Source of the DNA: Octopus sinensis
Lineage: Eukaryota
Length of the DNA: 64,000 nt
Assembly (NCBI RefSeq): GCF_006345805.1
Contig: NW_021824838.1
Location: forward strand, 2,721 to 66,720
Direction: 5' to 3'
The translations under genes and the position numbers were made by a program. Position 1 is the stretch's first letter; each line of letters begins with the position of its first letter. The notes beneath the pieces were generated by a model. It saw nothing but the letters and a program-made list of their open reading frames with translations. It did no database searches and had not been told where the DNA came from. This document shows positions 50,731 to 63,543 of the stretch, in pieces.

Positions 50731-51569
50731 CTTTAGTCGCCCTTTACGATACACAGAGGAAATATTGGGTCTATTATTCGGCGTGCTGGCTCCCACACAG
50801 CACTAGAACAATGTGGAATTATGTGTTTTGCTCACGAACACGACATCGGGCTCGGGAATCGAACCCATGATCGTGAGTGTTGTTTAATTTTGATTGACAT
50901 ATGAGATATGAGAAGGTATATAATCTTGATTTTGAGTGACGTTGATTGCATGCATGTTTGACTGTGTTTGTGTCTTCTTGTATGTAAATATATAAGCGTA
51001 GGCGAGTGTAACTAATCGTGTTTGTATCAACCTGTTCAGCAATTTGTATGTGTATATATGTATATGTATGGATGTGTGTGTGTGTGTGTGATTACGCAGT
51101 TGTATATTACATATAACAATTTTCAATGGCTTTGTTTGCAGTCACGTTGGTAGAGAAAAATTAAGACGACAAAAGGACACGGATTGAGACGTTAAATGTA
51201 AGCGGGTGGAAATGAGAAATTTGAGTGAGTTGAAGTGAGAGGTTCTGCAATAGCTGATCAAAATAAAACTGAAATTTTCGTCGTTAATTTTGCGAGAAAT
51301 TTTTTTTTATTTAAAATTCACTTAATTCAAAAGAAAAAAAAAGCAGAAAACAAAATTAAGGATAAAACATGTTACATTCTGATTTTAATTGATCGGGAGT
51401 CAGACACAGATAACGAGCACAGAAAATAGTACTACTAGGCACCGCACTCATCCCACGTAAAACACTTTCAATACAGTAAAAATAAGAGCACCACAAAAAA
51501 AAAAAAAACCACACCACATACCCAAGGCGCTCGGTAGTGAAGTGAAAGCAAGTGGTAAAAATAAGACTG

Positions 51570-51612
<43 letters not shown>

Positions 51613-51628
51613 TAATAATAATAATAAT

Positions 51629-51660
<32 letters not shown>

Positions 51661-51696
51661 GATAATAATAACAATGATAATAATAAATAATGATAA

Positions 51697-52271
51697 AATG
51701 CCCTGATGTAGTAAAATGCCCTGATGCAGTACCAGGCAGTGGTTCTCATGGCTGCTGATCTTAACTGATTGGAAGTGTTATCAGGTACATTGTTTTGTCT
51801 TGGTATAAAAGATGGGCTACAGCAAATATTCTGCTCAATAACACAGATTTGCTTGTCAGTTGTTTGACCTTAACCAGTTGACCATGTCCCTTAGTGGCTG
51901 ATGATATGTGCATCTCTGATCACGAGCAGAAGTAGTGGGGGAGCATCATAGCCATGTGTTGAGAGGGATTCTTTGGGGTTTGAATAATTCACCTCTGGAA
52001 ACACGGGTGTTTCGTTCAACATCCTTAAACAACCCTTATTCAGGGACCGTTTGATCAGGATGGGCTACTCAACCAGAAGAAAATTCTAACTGGGCCCCAC
52101 CTGCAAGGTCATGTGCTGTTTATCTTTTTATGAGATCGCCATGTCGCGCACATATGGTTGTGATGCATGTGCCTGGTGTACCCTTATCAGACGGGTAGTC
52201 ATGATGGGTATACTGGGCTTCGTATATTTTACCCCAGTGTCACTTTGATGGTATGAACTGCTCTCTCACTC
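51697..52271 (+). mobile_element. About 575-bp non-coding element embedded in (AAT)n arrays
   Basis: Flanked by (AAT)n at 51575-51695 and 52272-52383; a 5'-truncated copy at 50323-50406 has the identical 3' boundary ctctctcactc|aataat. Confidence 0.65.
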
Positions 52272-52281
52272 AATAATAATG

Positions 52282-52325
<44 letters not shown>

Positions 52326-52346
52326 GATGATAATAATATAATAATA

Positions 52347-52384
<38 letters not shown>

Positions 52385-52577
52385 CAGTTCGTAAATGAGG
52401 CAGAGGTTTTTGCGTCTTTAACTTTTCTACCTTTTACTTGATTCAGTTATTAGACCGCGGCCATACTGGAGCACAACGTTGAAGAATATTTAGTCGAATA
52501 AATCTACCCTTGTACATTTTTTAGGTCAGGTACTTATTCTATCGGTCGCTTTGGCTGAACCGCTACATGACGAGGAC

Positions 52578-52633
<56 letters not shown>

Positions 52634-53349
52634 TACTATTACTATTATTATTATTATTATTATTATTGTTGTTGTTGTTGCTATTATTTTGTTAAATATA
52701 AACTGCAAAGACTTTAGGTAAGGCATTTATCTACGGTTTCATCCGTTGCCTAGAATGGATGCGTTACATTCTATCATGGGCGAAACTTTCGTCAGTTTTG
52801 ACAACACGGGTATGCTAGAATGTATATAATTACATATATTTTATGTATTTATTTATGAATGTATGTATAAATTAGAATTTGTTAAGGGTCGCTGTGTATT
52901 TGCGTGCATGTGTATGTATGTGTGTGTGTGTGTGCGTGTGTATGTATGTATGTGTGTGTGTGCGTGTGTATGTATGTACGTGTGTGTGCATATGTATGTA
53001 TGTGTGTGTGTGTGTGTGTGCCTGTGCGCTTTGCATTTTTGTGTGAATCGACATATTTATGTCTTTATGTCTATATGAACCAGGAGACAATTGTGTGTGT
53101 GTGTGTATGTGTGTGTTCGTACGCTTGTACATAAAAGTTTTTGAGAGACAGACAAGAAAGGAAAGAGAGAGAGAGAGAGAAAGAAGGAAAGTAAGAAAGA
53201 CAGAAAGGGGGCGGGTACAAGAACATAAAACACGTAAACAGATAAAGGCTGATAGGCGAGTGTTCCACATGGCCAATCTTCACGCTAGCGACATCAGTTT
53301 AGCATTTATACCAGTAAATCCCCACAGTCAAAACGTTAGACTCGAAGAT

Positions 53350-53402
53350 AATATATATATTATATGCATGTATAAATATGTATGTATATGTAATGTATGT
53401 GC

Positions 53403-53434
<32 letters not shown>

Positions 53435-54100
53435 GCATATATATATGTATATATGCATGCACGCATGTATGTATGTATACATGTATGTATGTATTGCATG
53501 CATGTATGCATGTATGTATGTATGTATGTTTGTATGTATGCATGTATGTATGTATGTATGTTTGTATGTATATATGTATGCACGCATGTATGTATGTATG
53601 TATGTATGTATGTATGCATGTATGTATGTGTGTATGTATGTATGTATGTATGTATGTATACATGTATGTATGTATGTATGTATGTATGTATGTATGTATG
53701 TATGCACGCATGTATGTATGTATGTATGTATGTATGTATGTATACATGTATGTATGTATGTATGTATGTATGTATGTATGTATGCACGCATGTATGTATG
53801 TATGTATGTATGTATGTATGTATGTATGTATGTATGTATACATGTATGTATGTATGTATGTATGTATGTATGTATGTATGTATGTATGTATGTATGCACG
53901 CATGTATGTATGTATGTATGTATGTATGTATGTATGTATGTATGTATGTATACATGTATGTATGTATGTATGTATGTATGTATGTATGTATGCACGCATG
54001 TATGTATGTATGTATGTATGTATACATGTATGTATGTATGTATGTATGTATGTATGTATGTATGCACGCATGTATGTATGTATGTGTGTGCATAACTATG
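53350..54100. repeat. (TATG)n microsatellite with periodic variants
   Basis: Direct reading. Confidence 0.95.
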
Positions 54101-54159
54101 TATATGCATCTTCATTGCTTACATCAACGACATAGATGTCGTTTCATTCTGCATTGAAA

Positions 54160-54790
54160 ACTCTTTGCAGCTGATTCCAAACTCCAGAAAGCCATAGACC
54201 TGTTTGCTATTTGTCCAATGGGCGGAAAAAAAAACGAATATGCTTTTCAATGGGAAAGAGGTAACTCTGAAACTCCCATATTCTCTTCCCTCGGGCGGGT
54301 CCCTAGTGTCATCCAACAACACCAGAGATCTTGGAGTAATTGTTGATAATCTAAGCTGAAGTTCCCACGTAAACAGCAAGGTTGACTTGACCCGCAAGAT
54401 GTGCTCCTGGATTCTGAGAACGTTCCGGTCTAGAGATGCCTACACCATCATCTTCCTCTGCTCTACTTTTGCCCGAACCCACCTTGAGTACTGTTGCCCA
54501 TTGTGGTCCCTCCACCTATACGAATCAACTCATTATGAAAGTAGAAGCACTCCAGAGGTCCATAACAAGAAAGACAGACGGTATGAGAAGCATTGATTAT
54601 TGGGGTCGACTAAAAAACTCAATCTTCACTCTCTCCAATGCCGCCGGGAGCGCTACATCATCTGTGTGATGTGGAAAATATTCCATCAATATTGCACAAA
54701 TGATGTTGATATCAATTTTAAAATCCAGCCAAGACTTGACCACCGTGCCATCCGCCCACACACAAAAAAAAATTTACCGGTGAGTGTGTT
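54160..54790 (+). mobile_element. Degenerate CR1/L2-like LINE reverse-transcriptase C-terminal fragment
   Basis: RDLGVIVD..SHVN..CSWILRTFRSRD...RTHLEYCCPLWS, EALQRSITRK, KKLNLHSLQCRRERY, with frameshifts and stops. Confidence 0.75.
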
Positions 54791-54896
54791 ACATTATAAG
54801 GCACAAAAAAAAAAGACTCTCCCCAGACACAACAGAATATGCTTCAACACACGAACTCACATAAAGACCAAATACCAAATCGAAATATATATATAT

Positions 54897-54952
<56 letters not shown>

Positions 54953-55183
54953 TGTGTATGCACATACATATGTACGTACGTACGTACGTACATATATACA
55001 GATACATACATACACACACACACATACATATATATATGATTAATATATAGAATTTGGGAAAACAAATTTCCAAATCAATCAGGTGTAACCCTTCAGTATT
55101 ATATGCATCTACATATCGTACTTTGGGGTCTTATTTATCGTATATTTATATATTTATCTATAAATATACAAAGTATCTGATAT

Positions 55184-55480
55184 ATGGCTCAGTGGTTAGA
55201 GCGTCGAGCTTACGATCGTGAGGTTGTGAGCTCGAATCCCGGACCGGGCTGCGTGTTGTGTTCTTGAGTAAGACACTTTATGTTTCACGTTGCTCTAGTT
55301 CACTCAGCTGTAGAAATGAGTTGCGACGTCACAGGTGCCAAGCTGTATCGGGCCTTGCCTTTCCTTGGACAACATCGGTGACGTGGAGAGGGGAGACGGT
55401 ATGCAGGGGCGACTGCTGGTCTTCCATAAAAACCTTGCCCAGACTTGTGCCTCAGAGGTAACTCCTAGGTGCAAACTCAT
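55184..55480 (+). mobile_element. tRNA-derived CORE-like SINE (variant tail)
   Basis: tggctcagtggttagagcg...gagctcgaatccc...gtgttcttgagtaagacac. Confidence 0.65.
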
Positions 55481-55557
55481 ATCATATATATATTCTACTA
55501 AATCCTTTTAAAATGTTGGGCCCGAAGGCCGCGGCCATGCTGGGGCACCACCGCTGT

Positions 55558-55733
55558 TAACGGATTAAGTCGATTACATCGACCCCAGTGCGTAACTGGT
55601 ACTTAATTTATCGACCCGAATGATGAAAGGCAAAGTCGACCTCGGCGGAATTTGAACTCAGGATACGTAACGGCAGACGAAATACCGTAAGCATTTCACC
55701 CGGCGTGCTAACGTTTCTACCAGCTCGCCGCCT
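55558..55733 (-). mobile_element. SINE-A copy (3'-incomplete)
   Basis: Family motifs; head abuts (TA)n. Confidence 0.8.
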
Positions 55734-55734
55734 T

Positions 55735-55776
<42 letters not shown>

Positions 55777-56000
55777 TATATATAAATTATATATATATAA
55801 GTTATGTATATATATATATATAAACTTTATGGAAATGGATGCGTGGCGTTCAATTAAATAATAATATAAATAATATGTAAATGTGTGTGTATATATACAG
55901 TTTTCCATTTTTCCATTTTTCTCCCGTTGTTTGCGTATTTAACTCATTTGTCTTCGTACTTCATGTTGTTTACTGTTGGTGACGTCCTGTACCCATATAT

Positions 56001-56040
<40 letters not shown>

Positions 56041-56055
56041 CATATATATATATAT

Positions 56056-56242
56056 GGAGAGTTTACGAAAGAAAAATACAAAAGACGAAGACAGGTGGTG
56101 TACAAAACAAACAAATGTATTTGTATAACGCTCAGGAATTGAAAAAGTCTTTTATGTTTCGAGCCTACGCTCTTCTACAAACAGGAGCACAAAGAAAAAA
56201 AAAAAAACAAGGAGAGAAAAAAATGTGTGTAGTGGCTAAGAT
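56056..56242 (-). mobile_element. Penelope-tail-like repeat
   Basis: Reverse complement of the 16025 family. Confidence 0.55.
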
Positions 56243-56440
56243 GGAATGTATATATATTTCAGTGGGGAAACGCACAAGATGAAAAAAACAGAAAATTTTG
56301 TTTTACTGGATTTAAGAGTATATTAGAGCCATGATAAGAATATTATACAGTTTTGTACAAAATAAGGCTTTGTTGTTTCAACATAATTGAGGTAAGGACC
56401 GGTTTCGTATTGCTCAGCAGACTGAGAATTGAAAAAGATA

Positions 56441-56943
56441 TCTATATATATAAAACTGTAGTTGTGTGAGTGTCTGTCCCCTTCGATTTAGATTCCTAAC
56501 TACTCCCACATTTTGCGGTGCAGTTTAACCAAATTCGGGTATCTTATAGTCGTGATTCATATCGAGCCCGTCTGGCTATTAGCGTGCGTCTACGATGAGT
56601 CTACGATTTTAAAAATAATTTAACATCATTTTTTATTCCATTTTAATGCATAATTTTTCGTGTGTCGAGTTGGCGTCCATGGTCACACCTGCACCTGTTT
56701 GCTTCTCCCCCTTCTTCCCTCCCTCGTGAAGCTGTGGGGAAGGGAGTGTAAGGAAATCAACGTCGTAAAGCGTTGTCAAGGAGACCAGCGTTCTTTTAGA
56801 ACAACGACTTCATGGCTTGAAGACACCAAAACAGAAATGGCTAAGAAAGCCCGAATCGGCATCTATAAGAGAAGTAACTCTCTAAAAATGCTTATATAGT
56901 TATTTCCCTTACAAACCCGAGCAACGCCGGGCGATACTGCTAG
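56441..56943 (+). mobile_element. Non-autonomous Helitron (503 bp)
   Basis: A|TCtatatatataaaa 5' end; hairpin cccgagcaacgccggg at 56916-56931; CTAG|T 3' end; AT target with no TSD. Confidence 0.8.
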
Positions 56944-57554
56944 TATATTTATAAAATATTTCTGTATTAAAGGTGGAGGTGGAAGTAGCACAGAAGTAAG
57001 TCTAAGACACTTTAATTTAAAAGGGAATTTTATAAAAATGATTTTAAAATTTTATTAAAAAAATATTACCGGTTTCAATGTATCTCATCTAATCAAATAT
57101 CAGTAAACATTTATAAAAATTAGAAGTAAAAACAGTTTATCTTCTGCCTGGGGGTCCATACATGCATACATACGAGCCGTCACTAGAACTGTCAGAATAC
57201 GTAAAACTTCCCAACTTCACATATCTAGAAAGACAGCCCACATGTATGAGTATACACACATAAAACAAACGCATACAGATCTGTATGTAGATGCACTGAG
57301 TCTAAAAACTTGCGTATAAAAATACAAACATGGATAACTTCTCTGTTGATGCTGCTGAAGATCCAATGAGGGAGCCTTGGATCTAAGTTCGAAACCCGCC
57401 CTTTCTCCATTGACGAGAAATGTAGAAAAATGTAAATAATAGTAAACCCGCAATCTGTATTTATACATGTGTGTGTCTTTGTGTATATACAAACGTAGAT
57501 ACATATATACATGAGTGTGTGTGTGTGCATGTGTGTCCGTCCGTGTGTTCTATT

Positions 57555-57669
57555 TTAAATACTAATAGCATTAGGAATGTTGGCTGGATCAAGAACTTTG
57601 TAAGGTCTTTTCAGGGTCTTATTTCTTTTTTTGATTTCGCCACTGATAGTTTTCAGATTTCTCTGGAAT
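57555..57669 (-). CDS. LOX-2 exon 15 (terminal)
   Basis: gttttttag|[40 protein letters not shown]; 115 nt. Confidence 0.94.
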
Positions 57670-58493
57670 CTAAAAAACACAGAAAAACAACACAAAATCA
57701 GAAAATATAAATTAAAATGTAATATTAGATAAAAAAAACAGAATTAAGGTAGACAAAATTTATTTAGAAACAAATATTAAAAGTTGTTTGATACGATGCA
57801 ATCATAGTTTCTAGATTTTTAGAGATGAAGAACATTTGCTGCCATGAGCGCTGTATTATTTGTAGAATGTAAAACATTGTCCATGAACACTGTCCAAGAA
57901 ATACCAGTTCCAAGTTTACAAGTCATCCATGGCTTAGCCCCAGAGCCATACGTCCCTTACTAAAATCGAACTCATATTACATTATTTTGCAATACATTTT
58001 CCTCAACTTGTCTTGCCTTATTCAACACTATTCCGAAAGAAATCAAAGAATAAAAGGGAAATTTAAAAAAAAAACCCAAACCTTTCAAACGGGATATGGA
58101 GAAATGCTCCACAAGACACCAGGATATAACTCTGTAAACAATGTTTCTTTAATTGGGCTGACTACGATGGTCTGTAATATGTGTGAAATGGCTACTCAAG
58201 GTGGTACTAGACATGGCCTGGGCCAATTATGGCTCAACCTAATTTTGAGTGCATGTGTATGTACCCCCCCATATATATATATTATATATATATTTAAAAA
58301 AGGAGATGTGGAACACGAGTTGTGATATATAAAAAAAAGGAAATGAAGAAAATGCTGACAAAATAATTTAAGTAAGGAGAGTGTATTTAATTAGGTGAAA
58401 GTTCTTTTTACCGGTTGCGCATTGTTATGCTTATCAAAAAGATATTTTTTTAAGAGAGATAGAGTTCCTTTCTGATAGATTTTTTTTTTCTCT

Positions 58494-58563
<70 letters not shown>

Positions 58564-59612
58564 TGTATGATTTAATGTTGATACTTACTCTCTGACACAT
58601 ACAAGAGCTTTCGGATCATAGATATATTGTGTTTCAAAATCCCCTAAAGATTTGGTTGTCTTAGCACTCAATAGGTTTGTGATTGCCATAACATTTAAAG
58701 TCGTAGCTTTATCGGGCAGGGCTGCAAGGATATCCTTCTCTGTTCTTGGTGTCTAAGAATTAAAATAATGAGAAAAAGAGAAGAGAAAAAATATTCTTTT
58801 TTATTGATTAAATGATAAATAAACGTCTTAATGTTCTTATATAATTTGACTCACTGGCGTGACTGTGTGGTAAAATGTCTGCTTCCGAACCACCTTGGGT
58901 AAGTGTTTTCTACTATAGCCCTGAGCCGGCCAAAGCCGTGTGAGGCGAGTTGACAGATGGAAGCTGAAAGAAGCCCGTAGTGTATGTGTGTATACAAACA
59001 CACACACACACACACACAATCTCAAAAAACACACCACACACACACACAAACACACACACACATGTGTGTGTGTCTGCGTCTTTGTGTCTGTGTTTATTGC
59101 CAATCACCATTTGAAAACTGGTGTTGTTTTGTTTACGTCCTCGTAACTTAGGTGTACTTTATTTTATCGAACCCGAAAGGATAAAAAGTAAAGTCGATCT
59201 CCGCGGAGTTTGAGCTCGGAACGTAAAGACTGATGTGTCCTCAAGAATAACGACGGGCTTTGACATAATTTCCACCGGCTTTTCCTGCTACAAAACATTG
59301 ATATTCCATTTGTGGTCATCTGTAATCTAAAAAACCATTAATATTTTACATCTGGCAGAATGATACGCTTCAACAGTATACCAATAATTTAATATCAGAA
59401 AAATAATCAAAGAACCACCAATTATCATCAGTCGAAGACTTGGCAAAGGCGAAATTCACATCAGAGGAAGAAATTATGCAGTTAACAAACCACGGGAACC
59501 TTCATTTAGGCAAGTATGGAATAACTGAACAGGGATAAAAACACCCCAAAATCCATGAATGGAAAGGAATTGAAGGTTATTGCAAATATGAAAGGCGAAC
59601 AAAACGTCCCTC

Positions 59613-59664
<52 letters not shown>

Positions 59665-61426
59665 ATACGTATGTATATATCCTGTGTAAGGTGGTGAGCT
59701 GGTTGAAACGTCGGCACGCCTGACGAAATTTTTATAGCCATTTCGGCTCTCTTTATGTTCTAAAGCCACCGAGGTCGACTTTGCATTTCACTCTCTTGTG
59801 GTCGATAAAATAAGTACCAGTTAAGCTCTGGTGTCGATATAATTGACATCCCCTCCTCCGAAATCGCTGGCCTTGTGCCAAAATTTGCAACTAATATATA
59901 TTATATATATATGTACATGTGTGTGTTTGTATCTCAAGTGTATGTACATATATTTTTTAATATTATATTATTATTATTAATATAAGGAAATTAATATCCA
60001 AACTCATCATAAAGTTTGGATATTCACTCGTGTGAAAGAAATTACATGCCTATAATGCAATGACAAATATATTGGCTAAAGAAGGTAAGAATTTATAAAT
60101 CGAGTCAGGGTACATAAGCAACAAATAAAAGAGTCATCACTTATATGTAATGAGCAAATAAGCATTTGTGAGAATGGAAGATTCAAAATATTTCCTTTTT
60201 TGAAATGAGGGACGAAAATATTCTACTAGGAAAGGCAGGAGGAGAATACTTTACAAGAATTATAATTGCGGAGGTAAACTGAAGATAATCAATAACGCTA
60301 CAACAAAAAATGCAAAAAAAAAGTTACTCTATACGTATTATTTTATGTGTGTGTTTGTGAAGCCGAAGACATCGGAAGGCTTTTTACAAAACACAAATAT
60401 TTCCTGACACAGAGTTTGTATCATTCTGTCATTTTTAAAGATATTTTTTCATGTAATTAATACTTTTAATGTACGGAAATCTTGTAGTCCTTGTTTCATC
60501 AGGCGTTGACGATCTTACATGTTAAAGGTTCTCGTTCGACTCTCTCGGCCTTGAACAGAATTCTAGGCCTTAATACAAATTTTTGTAACATGCTAGAAGA
60601 TGAAATGAGTTTTTAATTCTCCGAAAATCTCGTAATTCTTTATTCAAAATTGATAACTTGATCAAATAAAAAAGCGGAGGCAAATAAAAACTGAGTGAAG
60701 TATATTATTGTATTTTACCAAAGAACAATACTTACTTTGTCTTTTAACAACGGAGTCCTTATCATTGATGGATAATTTGCAGGAAATGCATATTCTTCAT
60801 ACTGAAGGAAGTTGGCGTGTGCATGTGACACACTAGAGATATAGAGGACAGTAGTTATAAACAATTTTAATTGTTCTTTTGAAGGCATATGACCTCTACC
60901 ATCCTTCATTGGCAAGCCCTTTAAAAAAGATAAATTTATTAGAATCGATAGCGAAAAACAATAAAGAGAAAGACACACTCCATGAATGTCTTTTTACCTG
61001 TAATTAATTTCCATCTATAAAAAATGCCTCACTTCGTAAAATGTTTAATGAACTTTGACTTATTTACCTCGGGTTATGTAATGCTGATGGTTTCAAATAA
61101 GAATAAAATGGTGCTCCTAGTGATTTGCCTACGACTAGAAATTTCAACATCTTTGTAATGAGTAAGAGAAAAAGAATTAAATAAATATATTGTATGTATA
61201 TGGAGTGGAGCGTCGCTCTCAGAAGGCTTCTCATGAAAAAATCGGTTTGTGAACAACTTTTTGAAAATAAAACATCTCGATGTGATGAACGGTGTCTCGA
61301 GTAACAAACACGCAAACCAGCAACAATGGTTGGAGAATATCAGCAGGTGAGAGTCAGTTCCCTCTATCAATCGCTCAGTGCACGTCCCTGCACGTATTGG
61401 CCGGCTTTTGTTGAATGTCGTATTGA

Positions 61427-61460
<34 letters not shown>

Positions 61461-61461
61461 G

Positions 61462-61520
<59 letters not shown>

Positions 61521-61757
61521 GAATATATATATATATATAATTAAAATCAAAATGAGGGTGAAAAAATTGGATATTAATTTAATAACCCCAATTTAACACC
61601 AGTGGTCTAGCGCATAAAAGACTGAGATTCAGTAAATATTATTACTACACAAATATGACAGAGAATCCATTATGTGGACGCTCTATCTAAAGATAGATCC
61701 TTGCGGATCTATCTTTAGCGTAAGAGCGTCCACATAGCAGATTCTCTCTCATATTTG

Positions 61758-61835
<78 letters not shown>

Positions 61836-62172
61836 GAGGAAACCGAATGAAAAAAACATGGAGAGAAATCTTTTCTTGAAAAGAGAAAGATACAGGAGAG
61901 AGCTAGGAGATGTCCAGTCCTTAGAACGTCCGTGCAGGAAAGAAAGATGGTTACCTTTAGACCGATGCCACCATGTATGGCCTGCTTCGAAATACACTCT
62001 ACCCAGTTTTGTAACTCATGGTCGTCAGTGACATCTTGTTCATTCACTGAAATTGTAATTAGCAATATAGTTAATCACATATTTGAAGTTAGCAATATTT
62101 AAGAGTAACATTGGTATTAATATATAATAAAGAAAATTTAACCATTTTTACATTAAGCAGTAAAGAAACAGA

Positions 62173-62246
<74 letters not shown>

Positions 62247-62249
62247 TAT

Positions 62250-62287
<38 letters not shown>

Positions 62288-62463
62288 TGTATGTATATTA
62301 TATTATATATATATATATCTATATAATATATATATACACATGTGTATCTGTATTCAAGCAACATGTATGCATGCATGAATGTATGCATGCATGTATGGAT
62401 GATATATGTAACTACGAAAGACCTATCTCTCTCCTCTCTCCCCTATCTCTACTATATATATAA

Positions 62464-62494
<31 letters not shown>

Positions 62495-62690
62495 CATATA
62501 ATATTCCAGAACGGTTACAAAATAGGAAGATGCGTGACGTCATTCAAGAAATATACATAAGTACAAACGGAAGAATATCACACGAAAAAGATCATAAGAA
62601 TTTCACACTTATATACATACATAAATATAAATAATGTAAATAATGTAAATATTTCCCTATCTCTTAAATATGAAACTATATTGTTCGTTT

Positions 62691-62764
<74 letters not shown>

Positions 62765-63237
62765 GTATATGTATGTCTGTTTGAACAAATGATCATAGCA
62801 AGATAATTAGAAAATATAAAGAAGAAAATTAAAAGCACAAATTATTATTTCTTTACACGTTATACACCGGTTTTAAATGTTAGAAAGAAACAAAAATCAC
62901 ATATAGACGCCATAACAATATAATTCCATAATTACCATAGTAGATATCGATATAGCTAGATGCATATCGATGAATACACTCGTATAATTTAATACAATCA
63001 TCTCTGTAATAATACTTGGGTAGCACATCCGTCTCATGTACCTACAATAGGAGAACAGAAAAAAAAATGCATTCACCAATCGTACAATGCTTTGTTTAAT
63101 GTGCTGGTCAGTACTCTACCGTATTAAATTAGATATAGTATGTGCTCCCTATTATGGACTGAGTAGTCTTTTCGTGTTCATTCTATATAAATCAATTTCT
63201 GAATATAGTGCTTGTATGCAAATGTATATACATATCA

Positions 63238-63275
<38 letters not shown>

Positions 63276-63481
63276 GGAAAGTTTACGAAAATAAACAAAA
63301 GACGAAGGCAGGTGGAGTACAAACAAACAAATGTATTTGTAAGCGCTCAGGAATACAAAAAGTCTTTTACGTTTCGAGCCTACGCTCTTCTACAGAAAGG
63401 GACACAGAAAAAAAACAAGGAGAGAAAAAAAAGGGGAGAAAAAAATGCGTGTAGGAGCTAACGATCTATCATGGCGTCCTG

Positions 63482-63543
<62 letters not shown>

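Noticed and set aside
53059-54157. Overlapping 230-358-aa ORFs on both strands
   Set aside because: (TATG)n microsatellite; open in many frames for purely compositional reasons.
57051-57056. Poly(A) signal for LOX-2 (AATAAA on the minus strand)
   Set aside because: The hexamer is too frequent in this AT-rich DNA to call without 3'-end reads.
46128-57554. A third gene or further LOX exons between the two stops
   Set aside because: Only repeats, LINE remnants and microsatellites were found; no LOX-like exon on either strand.
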